From Amphiscolops sp. MND2022 (Eukaryota), in assembly GCA_964187785.1 (NCBI GenBank), contig OZ076412.1, positions 58,468,001 to 58,532,000 on the forward strand: a stretch of 64,000 bases of DNA, given 5' to 3'. This document shows, piece by piece, positions 61,101-64,000 of this stretch. Each line of letters begins with the position of its first letter. Position 1 is the stretch's first letter. The translations under genes and the position numbers were made by a program. The notes below the pieces were generated by a model. It was not told the origin of the DNA, ran no database searches, and worked only from the letters and a program-made list of their open reading frames with translations.

Positions 61101-61838
61101 AAACTACTTCAGTGCCAAAATGGTGTGACTCAAAATGTTTGAAAATTTTAAATGGATAAATGTTTAAACAACTGGTTAAATCCTGAATCATGGTAGCACT
61201 GGTCGTTTTTCAGGCAGAGACTCTCTCTCGCAATCCAGGCAGGCAATGCGGCCAGTGTAGTTGGAACGGTTCGGGACGAAGACCACTTAAGCGAACTTTA
61301 CTACTTGTAAATCTGTGTTCAATGACCGTTTTGTTTAATCTAGAAATTTATGTGTTCTTTGCTTCATAATGTTACCTTTTCACGAGCCTCAGTGAGTTTC
61401 TGAATTGAAATGTCCTCGATCCATTGAACTCTCAGGTTGCATGATCTCGTTTCTCAATGCTTTTTGTTTCCTATCTTGATTGGAGTTTTTTTGTCTGTCG
61501 CCCGGGCTGGGGGCACATGATGAATAAAGAAGCGTTTTTTTAAAACGCTGATTGATGACGACGGTATAGCAATTACTACAAGTAGTCAGGCTTTTCCCTT
61601 CGAATTTAAACTCCAAGCAGTCTATCAAAACTTTGATGAAGCCGACAAGCGAATTTGAAGCTACGCGGTATAAAAAAACTCAAGAAATTGCAGGTAGGAA
61701 GCTATCATGAAACTTAGAATGAAAATTTCACCCTTTACTACTACAATATTAAAAAACTATAATAGGATCTCAGCTCACCCAAAATAAAAAGTTGACAGTG
61801 AGGATTGATATCTTCGAGACAACAGTACATGAGCCCAT
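49145..61838 (-). CDS. Tetraspanin, 7 coding exons, ~274 aa
   Basis: Phase-0 GT-AG exons: 61838-61779 (MGSCTVVSKISILTVNFLFW), 60540-60349 (FIGCCGAVRESKFCL), 60275-60201 (LEISAGVAAF), 60128-60033 (VDFAQSN), 59663-59460 (LTCCG...DW...VPGSCC), 52230-52147 (GC..KL...IAALQ), 49258-49145 (SLVLLISCSLMCRRK..stop). Confidence 0.93.
53592..56500 (-). mobile_element. Decayed Polinton/Maverick (adintovirus-like) fragment within tetraspanin intron 5
   Basis: Co-oriented relics: packaging ATPase, the CECALNI ORF that typically follows it, a small TM ORF (RSEVVFLTQ), and a WLT.N..GI.W..G / TKG.E..KFL / LDTLGCP / HCAREK protein. No polB, integrase, capsid or TIRs are visible. Confidence 0.8.
53820..54425 (-). 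pseudogene. A32/FtsK-like genome-packaging ATPase of Polinton type, with frameshifts and stops
   Basis: Manual translation: FMALVGP..KTRL (eroded Walker A), LVFDDSSEEI (Walker B), AGRHRKLH, NLFHQSKWSRTIDLN, LFK*PRDSQQI..FGRQL, AY...TRPFGHLLIDFDPKT. Confidence 0.82.
56580..56650 (+). other. tRNA-derived (Glu-like) sequence, probably a SINE head or pseudo-tRNA
   Basis: A box TGGTATAGTGG, TTTCA at the anticodon position, B box GGTTCGAAAC; stems do not pair properly. Confidence 0.5.
56661..56927. mobile_element. HINE-like family B with tRNA-like cassette, copy 3 (deletion in the distal terminus)
   Basis: Near-identical to copies 1 and 2 but lacks most of CAATGCACATTGACTTCGTCA before the terminal TGTGCAA. 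Confidence 0.8.
57998..58086. repeat. 19-bp minisatellite (GGGGTCATTTTGTCATTAA), ~3-4 copies
   Basis: Direct inspection. Confidence 0.85.
61197..61310 (+). mobile_element. 3'-terminal fragment of a CRE-clade (restriction-like endonuclease) non-LTR retrotransposon
   Basis: FFRQRLSLAIQAGNAASVVGTV...LSELYYL* matches the QRxSxAxQxGNAxxxxGT C-terminal motif. Confidence 0.75.
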
Positions 61839-61974
61839 CACTGAAAAACATGAACATTATAGTTGATTTTAGGAAATTTAGGCAGCGTGGAATCGCGCGG
61901 TATGGAGCCAGTTTGTAGAAAAGTGAGGTCCAGTTTGTAGAATTTTTTACAAACTGAACCATGGTATTATTTAG

Positions 61975-63508
61975 AACAAGACGGGATCGTCTCAAGTCGG
62001 CGCCATATCTAAGGCTCAAAAATATTCAATGAACAACTATTGGAAACATTTGGAAAAATTTTTTCAAAAAAAATTTTTGAAATTTTTTTTCGAAAAAAGT
62101 ATTTCTTTAGAAAGTCGCACAATGCCGAAAAACTCCAAAAGGGGCCATTCAGGCTCATTAAACGTTTTTACAAACCCAGAACTTCAAAAAAATGCAAGGG
62201 GTTACCCTTTGATAGAATCCGAAAATTTTCGAAAAAAAAGTCGCATAGTGCCGAAAAAAACGAAAAAAATCAAACGAAAGAAAACTTTTGTTCTCGCATC
62301 TACTTTTGGAAGCATAAATAATTTGTGGTTTAGTGCAAGAATCGAACCCACGATCTCCGGCTTCTCAGAAAATTAGTTGAACAAATGAACAAAGATTGTA
62401 AGAAAAGTGGACCATTCAGAGTGAGATTGTAGGCTGAAAAAGAAACAAGACGAGAACGTCCAAAGTCGGCGCCATATCTAAGGCTCAAAAAGCGCAAAAA
62501 AATTTTTTGGAAAAAAACATGGATTTTTGAAAAAAAAATTTCTTTCAAAAAAAGTCGCATAGTGCCGAAAAATGTAAAAGGGGGGACCCTTTGTGATGTA
62601 TTAACATACATTCAGTTGCAAAATATGAAAAAACTCGAAGGGGGGACCCTTTTGGAACAATAAAAATTTTTTCGAAAAAAAGTCGCACAGTGCCGAAAAT
62701 ACCCTTTGGGGACCCTTAGATGATATAAAAACTACTTTTGCGCCAGTATTTTAATTTTGCTAAGTAATAATTGTAAGATTTTGAAAATTGTAAGAATTGT
62801 AAGAAAAGTGGACCACTCAGAGTGAGATTGTCAACTGAAAAAAACAAAAAAAAAAAAAAAAAAAACTACTCACTGTAAGAGTCGGGCACTTTTCTCTAGA
62901 AAAGCGCCGACTAAAAACAAGACGGGATCGTCTCAAGTCGGCGCCATATCTAAGGCTCAAAAATATTCAAAGAACAACTATTGGAAACATTTGGAAAAAT
63001 TTTTTTCAAAAAAAATATTGAAAATTTTTTTTTCGAAAAAAGTATTTTTTTTAGAAAATCGCACAATGCCACAAAAACTCAAAAAGAGGCCATTCAGGCT
63101 CATTGAACGTTTTTACAAACCGAAAACTTCAAAAAATGCAATTGATAGAATCCGAAAATTTTCGAAAAAAAGTCGCATAGTGCCGAAAAAAAAACGAAAA
63201 AAATCAAACGAAACGAAACAAAGCTTTGGTCTCGCATCTACTTTTGGAAACATAAAAAATTTGTGGTTTAGTGCGAGAATCGAACCCACGATCTCCTGCT
63301 TTTCAGTAAATTAGTTGAACAAATGTGAACAAATGTGAACAAAGATTGTAAGAAAAGTGGACCACTCAGAGTGAGATTGTCAACTGAAAAAAAAAACTAC
63401 TCACTGTAAGAGTCGGGCTTTTTTCCTTAAGGGAAAAGGCGCCGACTAAAAACTACCCACTGTATAGTCGGGCTGTTTTCCTTAAGGGAAAAAGCGCCGA
63501 CTGAAAAT
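61975..63508. mobile_element. Head-to-tail / nested array of three HINE family A copies plus an orphan tail
   Basis: Heads AACAAGACG(G/A)GA.CGTC..AAGTCGGCGCCATATCTAAGGCTC at ~61975, ~62445 and ~62916; tails AGTCGGGC...GCGCCGACT at ~62880-62913, ~63410-63450 and ~63466-63503. Copies 1 and 3 are closely similar. Confidence 0.75.
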
Positions 63509-64000
63509 AGGCCCCTCCGGGACACACTATTATTTCTGCTTCAATCTTTCATCAATAATAGAATCATATCTGGAATACCAATACAGTCTTGTTTAACCAT
63601 TATTTAGCGCACAATTAATCACTGTAATTATTTCTAATCTATTCTATCAGCTATCATGGATCTTCGTCATCCATCAATCAAGTGCCATGTGTATCATCGT
63701 GTTGGGGGAAGACACACCCGTGGTCTGCAACGAACGTAGGGAACCCCATACTAGCCACTATCCCATTAGACCAGTAACAAAAATAACCACCAACAAACTA
63801 CTCATACCGTTTTATTAATCTCAAAAGAAGTCTCCCGAAGCTTATCTCAAGTCAACAAAAAACTCTAGCCTACCAAACCTATATTCAACCATTCCTAATG
63901 TACGGCTCTCAAATCTGGTTCCCAAATAAGACAAACATCGGGTGAGCGGAAATAGGTCGGAGGAACGGGATCGAAAATCAGAGTTAGTCCTCAGGTCGAC

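Overview
AT-rich animal genomic DNA with spliceosomal introns and dense transposable elements; no prokaryotic features. Five host genes lie on the minus strand, listed from right to left: a 7-exon tetraspanin (49145-61838), an F-box/LRR-like gene (~41199-43750), IMPACT (33954-40250), intronless METTL26 (32318-32923) and BCKDK (30508 to 20396; last exon not found in the window). Introns and intergenic DNA hold an intact, very young BEL/Pao LTR retrotransposon (4549-10551; identical 149-bp LTRs ending TG..TA, 5-bp TSD). A second, frameshifted BEL/Pao element (11991-17090) is preceded by an SGNH-esterase-like ORF and a 3x18-bp repeat array. Also present: an intact hAT transposon with an 8-bp TSD and a built-in splice acceptor (23310-25199), a decayed Polinton/Maverick fragment (~53590-56500), several MITEs, LINE and CRE remnants, a perfect 270-bp palindrome (4048-4317), and many Helentron-like non-autonomous elements, including head-to-tail arrays and a family carrying a tRNA-like Pol III cassette. 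All calls come from manual reading and motif recognition; no database searches were run.
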